Assembly (NCBI GenBank): GCA_052389535.1
Contig: JBQTHU010000117.1
Coordinates: 10,257 to 74,256 of the forward strand
DNA length: 64,000 bases
Reading direction: 5' to 3'
From: Betaproteobacteria bacterium
Lineage (GTDB): Bacteria > Pseudomonadota > Gammaproteobacteria > Burkholderiales > SG8-41
Positions 46,936-57,262 of this stretch are shown here, piece after piece; position 1 is the stretch's first letter, and each line of letters opens with the position of its first letter. Below the pieces are notes generated by a model, which was given only the letters and a program-made list of their open reading frames with translations, was not told the DNA's origin and did not search any database. Both the position numbers and the translations under genes were made by a program.

Positions 46936-48025
46936 CGCGGATCTTGCCGTGATAGACGGCTTCGCTGTAGCCGGCCCAGGCGTCGTACTTGGCCTTGAAC
47001 GCGAAGTACGAATCGTGGACCTTCTTCGTGACCGGGTCCTTGGCGATCGCTTCGTCGAGCACCTTCTTGGTCGCAGCCCGCAGCGCCTTGATCACGTCGT
47101 CGGGCAGCGGTCGCGCGATCACACCCTGCTTCTTGACGAGGTCCTCCATCGCTTCGGCATTGGTGCGCTGACACCACGCTTCGCTGATGACGTTGCAGGC
47201 GGCGCACGCATTCTCGACGATCGCCTGCAGGTCCTTCGGCAGCTTGTCCCATGCCGCCCTGTTGACGATCAGCTCGGAGACGGTGGCGGTCTCGTGCCAG
47301 CCGGTCGTGTAGTAGTACTTGGCTGCTTTTTGCAGTCCCATCCGCCGGTCCTGGTACGGCCCGACGAATTCCGCCGCATCGATCACACCGCGCTCGAGCG
47401 CCGGAAAGATTTCACCACCCGGCAGCAGTTTCACGTCCACGCCGAGCGATGCGTAGACCTTGCCCGCCAGTCCCGGGATGCGCATCTTGAGGCCGTTGAA
47501 ATCCTTCACCGAATTGATTTCCTTCTTGAACCAGCCCGTCATCTGCACGCCGGTGTTGCCGCACGGAAAGGCCACCATGTTGAACGGCTTGTAGACTTCG
47601 TGCCACAACGGGATGCCGCCGCCATCGTAAAGCCAGCCGTTCATGCCCTGGAAGTTGAGACCGAAGGGCACCGCGGTGAAGTACTGTGCAGCGAAAGTCT
47701 TGCCGGTCCAGAAATAGCTGTTGGCATGGTTCATCTCGACCGTGCCGGACCGCACGGCGTCGAACCCCTCCAGCGCCGGGATCAGCTCGCCTGCGCCGTA
47801 GACGGTGATTTTCATGCGCCCGTTGGACATGGCCTCTATGCGCTTCGCGAGATCGGTCGCACTCCCGGGTCCCTCCATGTAGAACGGTGCGCCCTTGCCG
47901 TACGCGCTCGTCATCTTCCAGTTGAACGTCTGCTGCGCCCGGGCGACCATCGGAAAGCCGGCAATCGCCGTTCCGGTCGTCGCGACGGCGGCGCCCTTCA
48001 AGAATTTCCTGCGGGTGTTTTTCAT
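46928..48025 (-). CDS. TRAP transporter substrate-binding protein (DctP family) with Tat-type signal
   Basis: The start is MKNTRRKFLKGAAVATTG (twin-arginine). The remainder is DctP-like. Confidence 0.9.
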   Translation of the reverse strand: MKNTRRKFLKGAAVATTGTAIAGFPMVARAQQTFNWKMTSAYGKGAPFYMEGPGSATDLAKRIEAMSNGRMKITVYGAGELIPALEGFDAVRSGTVEMNHANSYFWTGKTFAAQYFTAVPFGLNFQGMNGWLYDGGGIPLWHEVYKPFNMVAFPCGNTGVQMTGWFKKEINSVKDFNGLKMRIPGLAGKVYASLGVDVKLLPGGEIFPALERGVIDAAEFVGPYQDRRMGLQKAAKYYYTTGWHETATVSELIVNRAAWDKLPKDLQAIVENACAACNVISEAWCQRTNAEAMEDLVKKQGVIARPLPDDVIKALRAATKKVLDEAIAKDPVTKKVHDSYFAFKAKYDAWAGYSEAVYHGKIRGA

Positions 48026-48303
48026 GGTTGCCTTCCGATGTGTGGATCGACGCGAGGGGATCACCTCGGTGTCATATGGTCTCAGAACGTCAGGAGGCGG
48101 CGCAAGGAAAACCGTCTCATGCACCGCAGCATCGGTCGGTCAGGACGCAGCATGCTCATAAAAGTGTGATTCGGCAAAGTGCAGAGTCGTCACCCTATTC
48201 CGCACGGATCGCTTGCCGGTGCGGTCCCCAGTCCCGGCCGGAATGCGATAATTGAGCGTCTCGCGCACAAGAAAATCAATGTGATCCAGGCGCCGATCCG
48301 GTC

Positions 48304-49911
48304 ATGATCTCCAGCCGCCACGTTCTGCTTGCCGTCCTGTGCCTGGCCTGGATACTGCCCGGCCTCGTCGGCCACGACCCGTGGAAGCCGGACGAGGCTT
48401 ACACCTTTGGCGTGGTGTACGAAATCCTGAAGGGCGGGTCGTGGATCGTGCCGCACCTCGCGGGCGAAGTATTCCTCAACGAGCCGCCGCTCTTTCACCT
48501 CACCGCCGCGGCGGCCGCGCAGCTGTTCTCCCCGCTCCTGCCGCTGCACGATGCAGCGCGCCTCGCAACCGGCTTTTACATGGCGGTGACCTTCGTCTTT
48601 TGTGCGCTGGCGGGACGGGAACTCAACGGCCCGCGTTCCGGCACGATCGCCGCGCTGCTGCTGCTCGGCTGCTTCGGCCTGGTGTTGCGCAGCCATCAGC
48701 TCATCACCGACGTGGCCGCCCTCTGCGGATTCGCCGTCGCGCATTATGGATTTGCGCTCGTCCTGCGCCGACCGGTCATGGGCGGTGCGTGGCTCGGAAT
48801 CGGCGCGGGACTCGTTTTCATGACACAGGGGCCGCTGGAGGCCGGCATACTGGCTGCGGTCGCGGTCCTGCTGCCGCTCGCCCCGCCCTGGCGCACGCGC
48901 CGCTATGCTGCGGCCGCCGGCGTGGCGGTTCTGGTTGCAGCCCCGTGGTGCGCCGTATGGCCGGTGCTGCTCCATCAGCATTCGCCGGCGCTGTTCGAGC
49001 AATGGTTCTGGACGCACAACTTCGGGCGTCTCTACGGCGACCTCGAGCACGGCTTTACGTACTATCTGCGTATTCTGCCCTGGTACGCCTGGCCGGTATG
49101 GCCGATCGCCTTGTGGACGCTGTGGCGAGCCCGCATCGCGGGCTACGGCCAGCCGGGCGTCGCCCTGCCGGTACTCAGTTTTCTGGTCATGCTCGCGATG
49201 TTGAGTCTCGCGCCGGAAGTGCGCGAGCTGCACGCGCTGCCGCTGCTGGTGCCGCTCACGCTGCTCGCGACGCCAATGGCGGACAGCCTGCGACGCGGCG
49301 CGGCCAACGCCTGGTACTGGTTCAGCGTGATGGGATGCACGTTCGGCGTGCTCGTCGCATGGTTTTACTGGAGCGGCCTCGAACTCGGCGTGCCCGCGCG
49401 CCTGCATGCGCATCTGCATCGCATGCAGCCGGGTTACGATCCGGGATTGAAGGTGCTGCCCTTCGCGCTGGGTGCCGCGTACACGCTCGTCTGGTTCGCC
49501 TTCGTGCTCGGCCTGCGCCGCACCCCGGAGCGCCCGGTCTACGTGTGGGCAGCAGGCGTGACGACGCTCTGGGCGCTGCTCGCCGTCCTGTTCGTGGGAT
49601 GGATCGATACCGGAAAAAGCTACCGGACGATGGTCGCGTCGCTGCAGAAAGCGTTGCCGGCGAAGTACGACTGCATCGCCAGCCGCGAGCTGGGTGAATC
49701 ACAGCGCGCTATGCTGCATTACTACGCCGGGATCATCACTGATCGCTTGGACGCGCCGGGGACGCAGCGCAACTGCAGCCTCATGCTGGTGCAGGGTCAT
49801 CCGCGGTCCGAAACGCCGCCCGCGGGCAACTGGCGGAAGATCTGGGAAGGCGCCCGTCCCGGCGACAAGGACGAACGCTACCGGCTGTACCAGCGCACGG
49901 CGAAGCACTGA
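48304..49911 (+). CDS. ArnT/PMT-like family 39 glycosyltransferase (undecaprenyl-phosphate-sugar dependent, polytopic)
   Basis: The N-terminal loop is GHDPWKPDEAYTFGVVYEIL...LNEPPLFH (DE motif after TM1). There are more than 10 TM helices and a soluble C-terminal domain. Confidence 0.8.
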   Translation: MISSRHVLLAVLCLAWILPGLVGHDPWKPDEAYTFGVVYEILKGGSWIVPHLAGEVFLNEPPLFHLTAAAAAQLFSPLLPLHDAARLATGFYMAVTFVFCALAGRELNGPRSGTIAALLLLGCFGLVLRSHQLITDVAALCGFAVAHYGFALVLRRPVMGGAWLGIGAGLVFMTQGPLEAGILAAVAVLLPLAPPWRTRRYAAAAGVAVLVAAPWCAVWPVLLHQHSPALFEQWFWTHNFGRLYGDLEHGFTYYLRILPWYAWPVWPIALWTLWRARIAGYGQPGVALPVLSFLVMLAMLSLAPEVRELHALPLLVPLTLLATPMADSLRRGAANAWYWFSVMGCTFGVLVAWFYWSGLELGVPARLHAHLHRMQPGYDPGLKVLPFALGAAYTLVWFAFVLGLRRTPERPVYVWAAGVTTLWALLAVLFVGWIDTGKSYRTMVASLQKALPAKYDCIASRELGESQRAMLHYYAGIITDRLDAPGTQRNCSLMLVQGHPRSETPPAGNWRKIWEGARPGDKDERYRLYQRTAKH

Positions 49912-50016
49912 TCTCGACAACGGCGCGGCGCGGGGCGTAAACTGATCCGCCCTATCGGTTTTCGCCATCGGCGCCTGCCGTTTTGTCATTCCATCAGCCC
50001 GTGAAGGAGACACCCT

Positions 50017-51207
50017 ATGAACAATGGTCGTGAGGTCGTGGTATTGAGCGGGGTGCGCACCGCCATCGGCGACTACGGCGGCGCGCTCAGGGACGTGGCG
50101 CCCACGGAACTGGCCGCGCAGGTCGTGCGCGACGCGGTGAAGCGCGCGCGCATCGACCCCCGGCAGGTGAATCAGCTGGTTTTCGGCAATGTGATCCACA
50201 CCGAGGCGCGCGACATGTACTTCTCGCGCGTCGCCTGCATCAAGGGCGGACTGTCGCAGGACACCACGGCGCTCACCGTCAATCGCTTGTGCGGGAGCGG
50301 ATTGCAGGCGATTGTCAGCGCCGCGCAGGCGGTCCAGCTCGGAGATGCCGACGTTTCGATGGGTGGCGGCGCCGAGTCGATGAGCCGGGGCGCCTATGTC
50401 CTGCCAGCGCTGCGCTGGGGCCAGCGCATGAACGATGGCGGCGTGATCGACATGATGGTCGGCGCGCTCACCGACCCGTTCGACACCGTGCACATGGGCA
50501 TCACCGCCGAAAACATCGCCGAGAAGTGGAAGATCACGCGCGAGCAGCAGGATGAGTTCGCGGTGGAAAGCCACCGGCGCGCCATCAACGCCATCGAGAA
50601 AGGCTACTTCAAAGACCAGATCCTGCCGATCGAGCTGAAAACGCGCAGGGGAACGACGGTGTTCGATCGCGACGAGCACCCGCGCGCGGATGCGAGCCTC
50701 GAAGGGATGGCGAAGCTGCGCGCAGCGTTCCAGAAGGAGGGCACGGTGACCGCAGGCAACGCCTCGGGCATCAACGACGGCGCCGCGGCGGTGGTGCTCA
50801 TGGAAAAGAGCGCCGCCGAAAAGGCGGGCTTGAAGCCGATGGCGCGGCTGGTATCCTACGGCCTCGCCGGCGTCGATCCGAAAATCATGGGCATCGGCCC
50901 GGTGCCCGCATGCCAGAAAGCGCTCGCCAAAGCGGGACTCAAGGTCGAAGACATGGATGTCATCGAATCGAACGAGGCCTTCGCCGTGCAGGCGCTTGCC
51001 GTTTCATGCGATCTGAGTTTCGACGCGAAAAAGACCAATCCCAACGGCGGCGCGGTCGGGTTGGGACATCCGATCGGCGCGACCGGTGCGGTGCTCACCG
51101 TGAAAGCGCTCTACGAGCTGCAGCGCACCGGCGGGCGCTACGGGCTGGTGACGATGTGCATCGGCGGCGGTCAGGGCATTGCCGCGGTCTTCGAGCGGAT
51201 GCACTGA
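50017..51207 (+). CDS. Acetyl-CoA C-acetyltransferase (thiolase II)
   Basis: VNRLCGSGLQA (active-site Cys), NASGINDGAAA and the C-terminal CIGGGQGIA. Confidence 0.95.
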   Translation: MNNGREVVVLSGVRTAIGDYGGALRDVAPTELAAQVVRDAVKRARIDPRQVNQLVFGNVIHTEARDMYFSRVACIKGGLSQDTTALTVNRLCGSGLQAIVSAAQAVQLGDADVSMGGGAESMSRGAYVLPALRWGQRMNDGGVIDMMVGALTDPFDTVHMGITAENIAEKWKITREQQDEFAVESHRRAINAIEKGYFKDQILPIELKTRRGTTVFDRDEHPRADASLEGMAKLRAAFQKEGTVTAGNASGINDGAAAVVLMEKSAAEKAGLKPMARLVSYGLAGVDPKIMGIGPVPACQKALAKAGLKVEDMDVIESNEAFAVQALAVSCDLSFDAKKTNPNGGAVGLGHPIGATGAVLTVKALYELQRTGGRYGLVTMCIGGGQGIAAVFERMH

Positions 51208-51216
51208 CGCGGATTG

Positions 51217-51936
51217 CTACGCCGCCCGCCTCAGGCGCGCCAGCTCCGCCAGGCCCAGGTGCGTGAAGGCAAGCCCGCTCGCGGCCGGCGCGATCAGGTT
51301 CACCAGCGGCACATAGTACAGCAGCGCCAGCAGCAGCCCGAGCAGGTACAGCTTGCCGCGGGCGCGGGAGACGATCAGCACATACTCCTCGCGGCTCGCG
51401 TGCTCGGAAAGCGCGTCATAACGCAGCAGGCGCTGGTTGAGGTAAGCCGATATCAGCGCCGGCAGCACGATGGCGCCGATTCCGGTGAGCCACAGCGGCA
51501 GGCTCACCAGCCAGAGCAGGCAGAATATCGCGATCCCGACGGCTGCATTGACCATGCTGCCGGGCAACGTCCCGCCCGCTCGTTGCTGGAGGTGGGGGAA
51601 GTACTTCGTGCCCACGTGGGAAACGATGACGGGCATGGCGAAAATCTCGTTGATCACGAGTGCGGTGACCAGCGTCGCCGGAATGACCAGCGCGATGACC
51701 CCGAGCGCGGTCAGGGCCTGGAGCACCCAGCCAGCGCCCACGCCCTCCAGCCAGCGTCCCGCAGCGGTGCCGGACGCGAGACCGCTGAGCCAGGCGGACC
51801 ACGTATCCCAGAAAACAAGCGACAGTACGAACCAGAGGCAAATGGCGCCGAGCATGGGCAGAAGGAGGACGGCAAGGATGCGCGGCGCCCGCAGGTCGCG
51901 CGCCGCCGCGCCGAGCGCAATGATGATATCAGCCAC
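51217..51936 (-). CDS. Polytopic membrane protein, EI24/CysZ-like (tentative)
   Basis: Hydrophobic 239-aa ORF. The family assignment is from overall resemblance only. Confidence 0.55.
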   Translation of the reverse strand: MADIIIALGAAARDLRAPRILAVLLLPMLGAICLWFVLSLVFWDTWSAWLSGLASGTAAGRWLEGVGAGWVLQALTALGVIALVIPATLVTALVINEIFAMPVIVSHVGTKYFPHLQQRAGGTLPGSMVNAAVGIAIFCLLWLVSLPLWLTGIGAIVLPALISAYLNQRLLRYDALSEHASREEYVLIVSRARGKLYLLGLLLALLYYVPLVNLIAPAASGLAFTHLGLAELARLRRAA

Positions 51937-52147
51937 GGCGGCATACCCGGTTGCGGCTGGCGTCGCTTCTCCACAAGGGAACGCGGCGTGATGTACTGCG
52001 TCTTTTCGACATGACGAACTTTCCAGGCTGTCCCGGTTCTCTGAGTACTGGATACTCGCCCATTGTAGATTTCGGCAGGACCGTCGGGAAAGCTAGAATG
52101 CGCTATCCGCGGCCGCTCTTGCCCCGGGAAGCCACGACGCAACCCTC

Positions 52148-53785
52148 ATGACCGAATCCCCCCGCCACCTGCGGGCATGGCAGGCGCTGCAACAGCGCCA
52201 GCCGCACGCTGCCCGAATGCATTTGCGTGAGCTGCTGAGCGGCGATCCGCGCCGCTTCGAGAAGTATTCGCTGGAATGCGCAGGCATCCTGTTCGATTTT
52301 TCCAAGCACCGCATTGACGACGACACGCTGCGCGAGCTGCTCGCGCTTGCCGAAGAGCGCGGGCTGCCGGCATCCGTGGAGCGCCTGTTCGGCGGGGCGC
52401 GCGTCAACACGACCGAGGGCCGCGCGGCCCTGCACACCGCGTTGCGCGCGAGCGAGCCGGTGATGGTGGACGGCCGCAACGTCGTCGGGGACGTCGAGCG
52501 CACGCTCCACCGAGTCCAGCAATTCTGCGAGGAGATCTCGAGCGGAAAGCGGACGGGTTGCAACGGACGTCCGTTTACCGACGTGATCAATATCGGCATC
52601 GGCGGCTCGGACCTCGGACCGCTGTTCGTGACCGAGGCGCTCGCCTCGTACCGACGTCCGCGCCCGCGCGTGCATTTCGTATCCAACGTGGACGGTGCGC
52701 ACCTTGCCGCCGCACTCGACGGACTCGACCCGGAGACCACGCTCTTCATCGTTGCGTCCAAGACCTTCACCACTCAGGAGACGCTCGCCAACGCACGATC
52801 CGGGCATGCGTGGCTCGCGGACAGGGTCGGTGCGGCAGGTGCCGGCCGGCATTTCGTCGCGGTCACGGCCAATCCGGCGGCGGCACAGGCCTTCGGTATC
52901 GCCCCCGATGCGCTGTTCGAGTTCCGGGACTGGGTCGGAGGCCGCTACTCGCTGTGGTCGGCGATCGGCCTGTCCATCGCACTGGCAACGGGCATGGAGA
53001 ACTTCAACGCGCTGCGCGACGGCGCGCGTGAGATGGACGAGCATTTCCGCCACGCGCCGCTCGCCCGCAACGCACCCGTGCTGGCGGGATTGCTCGGCGT
53101 CTGGTACATCGACTTTTTCGCCGCCCGCGCGCACGCGGTCCTGCCCTATGACGAGCGCCTGCAGCGGCTGCCGGACTACCTGCAGCAGCTCGAGATGGAA
53201 AGCAACGGCAAGCGCGTGCGCCACGGCGGCGAGGAAGTCGATTACGCGACCGCGCCGGTCATATTCGGAGCGGCGGGCACCAACGGACAGCACGCGTTCT
53301 ATCAGCTGCTGCACCAGGGAACGCAGCTGATTCCCGCCGATTTCATCGCCTGCTGCCGCGCCGACCACGGCATCCCCGGCCATCATTCCCTGCTGCTTGC
53401 GAATTTCTTCGCGCAGACCGAGGCGCTCGCGCTGGGAAAAACCGCGGAGCAGGCGCGCGACGAAATGCTGAGGCAGGGGATGCCCGCGGAAAAGATCGCG
53501 CAATTGCTGCCGCACCGCGTATTCCAGGGCAACCGGCCCACCACCTCGATCCTGCTGCCGCGGCTCACGCCGCATGCGCTCGGCGCGCTCATCGCCTTCT
53601 ACGAGCACAAGACCTTCGTGCAGAGCGTCATCTGGGACATCAACGCCTTCGACCAGTGGGGCGTGGAACTCGGCAAACAGCTCGCGGCGCGCGTGCTGCC
53701 CGAACTCGAAGGCGATGCGCCGGTCGCCTCGCACGACGCCTCGACCAACGGCCTCATCAACCATTTCAAGACGCACCGCGGGTAG
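52148..53785 (+). CDS. pgi: Glucose-6-phosphate isomerase
   Basis: NIGIGGSDLGP, GGRYSLWSAIG, QLEMESNGK and TNGQHAFYQL motifs. Confidence 0.95.
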   Translation: MTESPRHLRAWQALQQRQPHAARMHLRELLSGDPRRFEKYSLECAGILFDFSKHRIDDDTLRELLALAEERGLPASVERLFGGARVNTTEGRAALHTALRASEPVMVDGRNVVGDVERTLHRVQQFCEEISSGKRTGCNGRPFTDVINIGIGGSDLGPLFVTEALASYRRPRPRVHFVSNVDGAHLAAALDGLDPETTLFIVASKTFTTQETLANARSGHAWLADRVGAAGAGRHFVAVTANPAAAQAFGIAPDALFEFRDWVGGRYSLWSAIGLSIALATGMENFNALRDGAREMDEHFRHAPLARNAPVLAGLLGVWYIDFFAARAHAVLPYDERLQRLPDYLQQLEMESNGKRVRHGGEEVDYATAPVIFGAAGTNGQHAFYQLLHQGTQLIPADFIACCRADHGIPGHHSLLLANFFAQTEALALGKTAEQARDEMLRQGMPAEKIAQLLPHRVFQGNRPTTSILLPRLTPHALGALIAFYEHKTFVQSVIWDINAFDQWGVELGKQLAARVLPELEGDAPVASHDASTNGLINHFKTHRG

Positions 53786-53826
53786 CGCGGCGCATTAATT
53801 ATGTCAGGCACTCTAAAGGAGGAAGC

Positions 53827-54033
53827 ATGAACGACGAAGCGCTCAACATGAGCATCCGCAAGTTTCTCAAGACCGTCGGGGTCAACTCGCAGCTTGCCAT
53901 TGAGAAGGCGGTGCGCAAGGCGATCGAGGACGGAAAGCTCTCGGGGAACGAGTCTTTCCCGGCAACGATGACGCTCACCATCGGCAAGCTCGCCCTCGAC
54001 GTGAAGTTCGACGGCGACATCAAGCTCGGCTAG
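53827..54033 (+). CDS. Small hypothetical protein (68 aa)
   Basis: AAGGAGG SD 5 nt upstream of ATG 53827, with protein-like composition. I cannot confidently name a family. Confidence 0.6.
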   Translation: MNDEALNMSIRKFLKTVGVNSQLAIEKAVRKAIEDGKLSGNESFPATMTLTIGKLALDVKFDGDIKLG

Positions 54034-54046
54034 CCGCCGGGAGGCG

Positions 54047-54592
54047 TCAGGCGCGCAGAAAATGCTCGCGGTAGTACTTCAGCTCTTCTATCGACTCGTA
54101 GATGTCGGCGAGCGCCTCGTGCTTGCCGTGCTTGGTGAGGCCCGCCATGATCTCCGGCTTCCAGCGGCGCGCGAGTTCCTTGAGCGTGCTCACGTCGAGG
54201 TTGCGATAGTGGAAATACGCCTCGAGGCGCGGCAGGTGGCGCACCAGAAAGCGGCGGTCCTGGTGCACCGAATTGCCGCACATCGGAGAGGTCGCGGGCG
54301 GCACGTGGCGTTGCAGGAACGCGATCATCTGCTCCTCGGCGGCCGACTCGGTCAGCGCTGAAGCGCGCACCCGGTCGATCAATCCCGACTTGCCGTGCAT
54401 GGAGCGGTTCCATTCGTCCATCGCGGCGAGCAGCGCGTCCGGCTGATGCAATACCAGCACGGGCGCTTCGGCAACGGTGTTGAGGTTCGGGTCGGTGATC
54501 ACGATGGCTATTTCCAGGACCCGATCGACTTCGGGGTTGAGCCCGCTCATCTCCATGTCGATCCAGATCAGGCTGTTCGGGTCCTGTGCCAT
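54047..54592 (-). CDS. orn: Oligoribonuclease
   Basis: [11 protein letters not shown] (DEDD exonuclease motif I). 181 aa, Orn-like throughout. Confidence 0.95.
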   Translation of the reverse strand: MAQDPNSLIWIDMEMSGLNPEVDRVLEIAIVITDPNLNTVAEAPVLVLHQPDALLAAMDEWNRSMHGKSGLIDRVRASALTESAAEEQMIAFLQRHVPPATSPMCGNSVHQDRRFLVRHLPRLEAYFHYRNLDVSTLKELARRWKPEIMAGLTKHGKHEALADIYESIEELKYYREHFLRA

Positions 54593-54657
54593 AATATTGT
54601 TGGAATTGTGGAGGCCCTTATTGTGTCACAGTTTTTGCGGCCTCGTTTGATCCCTCG

Positions 54658-55908
54658 ATGACCCCCTTCGGCCTCGTATTCCTTGCCGCGCTGGCGCTCG
54701 CCACCGGCCTGCGCCTGTGGCTCGGCTGGCGCCACATCGCCCACGTGCGCGTCCATCGCGCGCGGGTCCCCGACGCGTTTGCCGGAGAGATCGGCCTCGA
54801 GGCCCATCAGCGCGCGGCAGACTATACCTGCGCGAAAACGCGTCTTGGAATGGCGAGCGTTATCGTCGAGGCGCTGGTCGTCGTGGCGCTCACGTTCGGC
54901 GGCGGGCTGCAGGCGCTCTACGAATTGTCCGCGGCCTGGCTTGCCGATGGCATCGTTCGCGGCCTGCTGCTGGTCATGCTCGTGACCGCACTCATGACGG
55001 CGCTCGAGGTGCCCTTCAACCTGTATCGCACGTTTCGCATCGAGCAGCGCTTCGGCTTCAACCGCATGACGCTGCGCCTGTTCTTCATCGATCTTGCGAA
55101 GTCCGTGCTGCTCGCAGCCGCGTTCGGCATGCCGCTCGCCGCGTGCGTGCTGTGGCTGATGGAAGACATGGGCGCGTACTGGTGGCTCTACGCGTGGCTG
55201 GTGTGGGTGGCATTCAATCTGTTCATGCTGGCGATCTATCCCACTTTCATTGCGCCGCTGTTCAACCGCTTCTCGCCGATGCAGGACGCGGAGCTGCGCG
55301 AGCGCGTGGAACGCCTGCTGCAGCGCTGCGGCTTTCGCGTAAAGGGCCTGACGGTCATGGACGGCTCACGCCGCAGCAGCCACGGCAACGCCTATTTCAC
55401 GGGTTTCGGCAAGTCCAAGCGCATCGTGTTTTTCGACACGCTGCTCTCACGGCTGAACCCGCCCGAGGTCGAGGCGGTGCTGGCTCACGAGCTGGGGCAC
55501 TTCAAGCTCCGTCACGTGGTGAAGCGCATGGCGTGGATTTTCGTGGCCAGCCTCGGATTCCTGTGGCTGCTGGGTTATCTCGCGCAGCAGGCGTGGTTCT
55601 TTCACGGGCTCAACGTGCAGGCGCAATCCACCGCCGTCGCGCTGGTGCTGTTCTTCCTCGTGATCCCGAGCTTTACCTTCCTGCTCCAGCCGCTGGGGGC
55701 GATGTACTCCCGCAGGCACGAGTTCGAGGCCGACCGTTATGCGACGCAATACGCCGCCGCCGGCGACCTCGTCTCGGCGCTGATCAAGCTCTACCGCGAC
55801 AACGCATCCACGCTCACACCCGACCCGGCGCACTCGGCTTTCTACGATTCGCATCCGCCTGCGATCGCGCGCATCGCACGTCTCAAGGCGGCGGCGGCGC
55901 GCCCTTAG
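54658..55908 (+). CDS. M48 (Ste24/HtpX-like) zinc metallopeptidase, membrane-bound
   Basis: HELGHFKLRH (HExxH) and a downstream EFEAD, with N-terminal TM helices. Confidence 0.9.
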   Translation: MTPFGLVFLAALALATGLRLWLGWRHIAHVRVHRARVPDAFAGEIGLEAHQRAADYTCAKTRLGMASVIVEALVVVALTFGGGLQALYELSAAWLADGIVRGLLLVMLVTALMTALEVPFNLYRTFRIEQRFGFNRMTLRLFFIDLAKSVLLAAAFGMPLAACVLWLMEDMGAYWWLYAWLVWVAFNLFMLAIYPTFIAPLFNRFSPMQDAELRERVERLLQRCGFRVKGLTVMDGSRRSSHGNAYFTGFGKSKRIVFFDTLLSRLNPPEVEAVLAHELGHFKLRHVVKRMAWIFVASLGFLWLLGYLAQQAWFFHGLNVQAQSTAVALVLFFLVIPSFTFLLQPLGAMYSRRHEFEADRYATQYAAAGDLVSALIKLYRDNASTLTPDPAHSAFYDSHPPAIARIARLKAAAARP

Positions 55909-55927
55909 CCTTCGAAGGAGGCGCACG

Positions 55928-56263
55928 ATGGAGATGATGGATCTGGCCCACAAGCGATGTCGCCCGTGCGAGGGCGGCGTTTCCCCTCTCACCGGGCATG
56001 AAGTCGCCAACCTGATGAAGCAGCTCGACGGCTGGCACCATGGGCACGACACGATCGAAAAGACCTATGCCTTTCGCGATTACTACCAGACCATGGCGTT
56101 CGTGAACGCCGTTGCGTGGCTGTCCCATCGCGAAGACCATCATCCCGACCTGACGGTGGGCTTCAAGCACTGCCGCGTTCAGTACACGACCCACGCCATC
56201 GGCGGCCTGTCGGAAAATGATTTCATCTGCGCCGCCAAGGTTGACGCCCTGTTCGCGCTCTAG
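55928..56263 (+). CDS. phhB: Pterin-4a-carbinolamine dehydratase
   Basis: REDHHPDL and the GGLSENDF motifs of the PCD/DCoH family. Confidence 0.9.
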   Translation: MEMMDLAHKRCRPCEGGVSPLTGHEVANLMKQLDGWHHGHDTIEKTYAFRDYYQTMAFVNAVAWLSHREDHHPDLTVGFKHCRVQYTTHAIGGLSENDFICAAKVDALFAL

Positions 56264-56326
56264 CGGCCCGCGACGGGCCGCGCGGTTCAGCGTGCGCGCC
56301 GCAGATGCAGCGCCTCGTCATCGGTA

Positions 56327-57262
56327 ATGCCGACGGCCCGCTCGGCAGAAAGCGTGTCGCTCGACGGCCTCGTCGTCGCAAGTTACGGAAGGCGCTACCG
56401 CGTGGAAGTGCCCGGGGGCGAGGCGCTGGATTGCGTGACCCGAGGCAAACGCACCGACCTTGCGTGCGGCGACCGCGTCGTCGTCCAGCGCAGCGGCGCC
56501 GGTCTGGGCATCATCCAGGACATGCGCCCGCGCGCATCGCTGCTCTATCGCAGCGACGCCTACCGCGAAAAGCTGATCGCCGCCAACGTCACGCAGGTCC
56601 TCGTCGTGGCGGCCGTACTGCCGCTTCCGCATGAGACGCTCATCGACCGCTGTCTCGTCGCAGCCGGGCACGGCCGCATGGCCGCCGCCATCGCGCTCAA
56701 CAAGTCGGACCTGCCCGAACATGGCGCGGCGCGGGACCGGCTGAGCCTTTACGAGGCGCTCGGCTATCGCGTGGTGCCGTTCAGCGCGAAACGCGACATA
56801 TCGCCGCTGCATGCCCTGCTGGAGGGACAGGTGAGCGTGCTGGTCGGCCAGTCCGGCGTGGGGAAATCCACGATCGTGAACCGCCTCGTGCCGTCTGCTT
56901 CGGCGCGCACCGATGAGATATCCCGCGCGCTCGGTTCCGGCCGGCACACGACCACGCACGCCCGGTTCTACCATCTCGACGACCGCAGCCACATCATCGA
57001 CTCGCCGGGCATGCAGGCCTTTGGTTTGCACCATGTGGCGGCGGTAGATCTCGCGCGCGGCTTCGTCGAATTTCAGCCGCATATCGGCCATTGCCGTTTC
57101 CGCGACTGTCGTCATCTGGCCGAGCCCGGCTGTGCGATCCAGGCCGCCTGCGACGAGGGCAGCGTGGCGGCGCGGCGCCTGGCTGCCTACCGCGTGCTGC
57201 TGCGCGAGCGCGAGTTGCAGCCGCGCGGGGGGTTCAACGTCCCAACGCGTAAGCCACCGTGA
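56327..57262 (+). CDS. rsgA: Ribosome small-subunit-dependent GTPase A
   Basis: GQSGVGKSTIVNRL P-loop and the zinc knuckle CRFRDCRHLAEPGCA. Confidence 0.9.
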   Translation: MPTARSAESVSLDGLVVASYGRRYRVEVPGGEALDCVTRGKRTDLACGDRVVVQRSGAGLGIIQDMRPRASLLYRSDAYREKLIAANVTQVLVVAAVLPLPHETLIDRCLVAAGHGRMAAAIALNKSDLPEHGAARDRLSLYEALGYRVVPFSAKRDISPLHALLEGQVSVLVGQSGVGKSTIVNRLVPSASARTDEISRALGSGRHTTTHARFYHLDDRSHIIDSPGMQAFGLHHVAAVDLARGFVEFQPHIGHCRFRDCRHLAEPGCAIQAACDEGSVAARRLAAYRVLLRERELQPRGGFNVPTRKPP

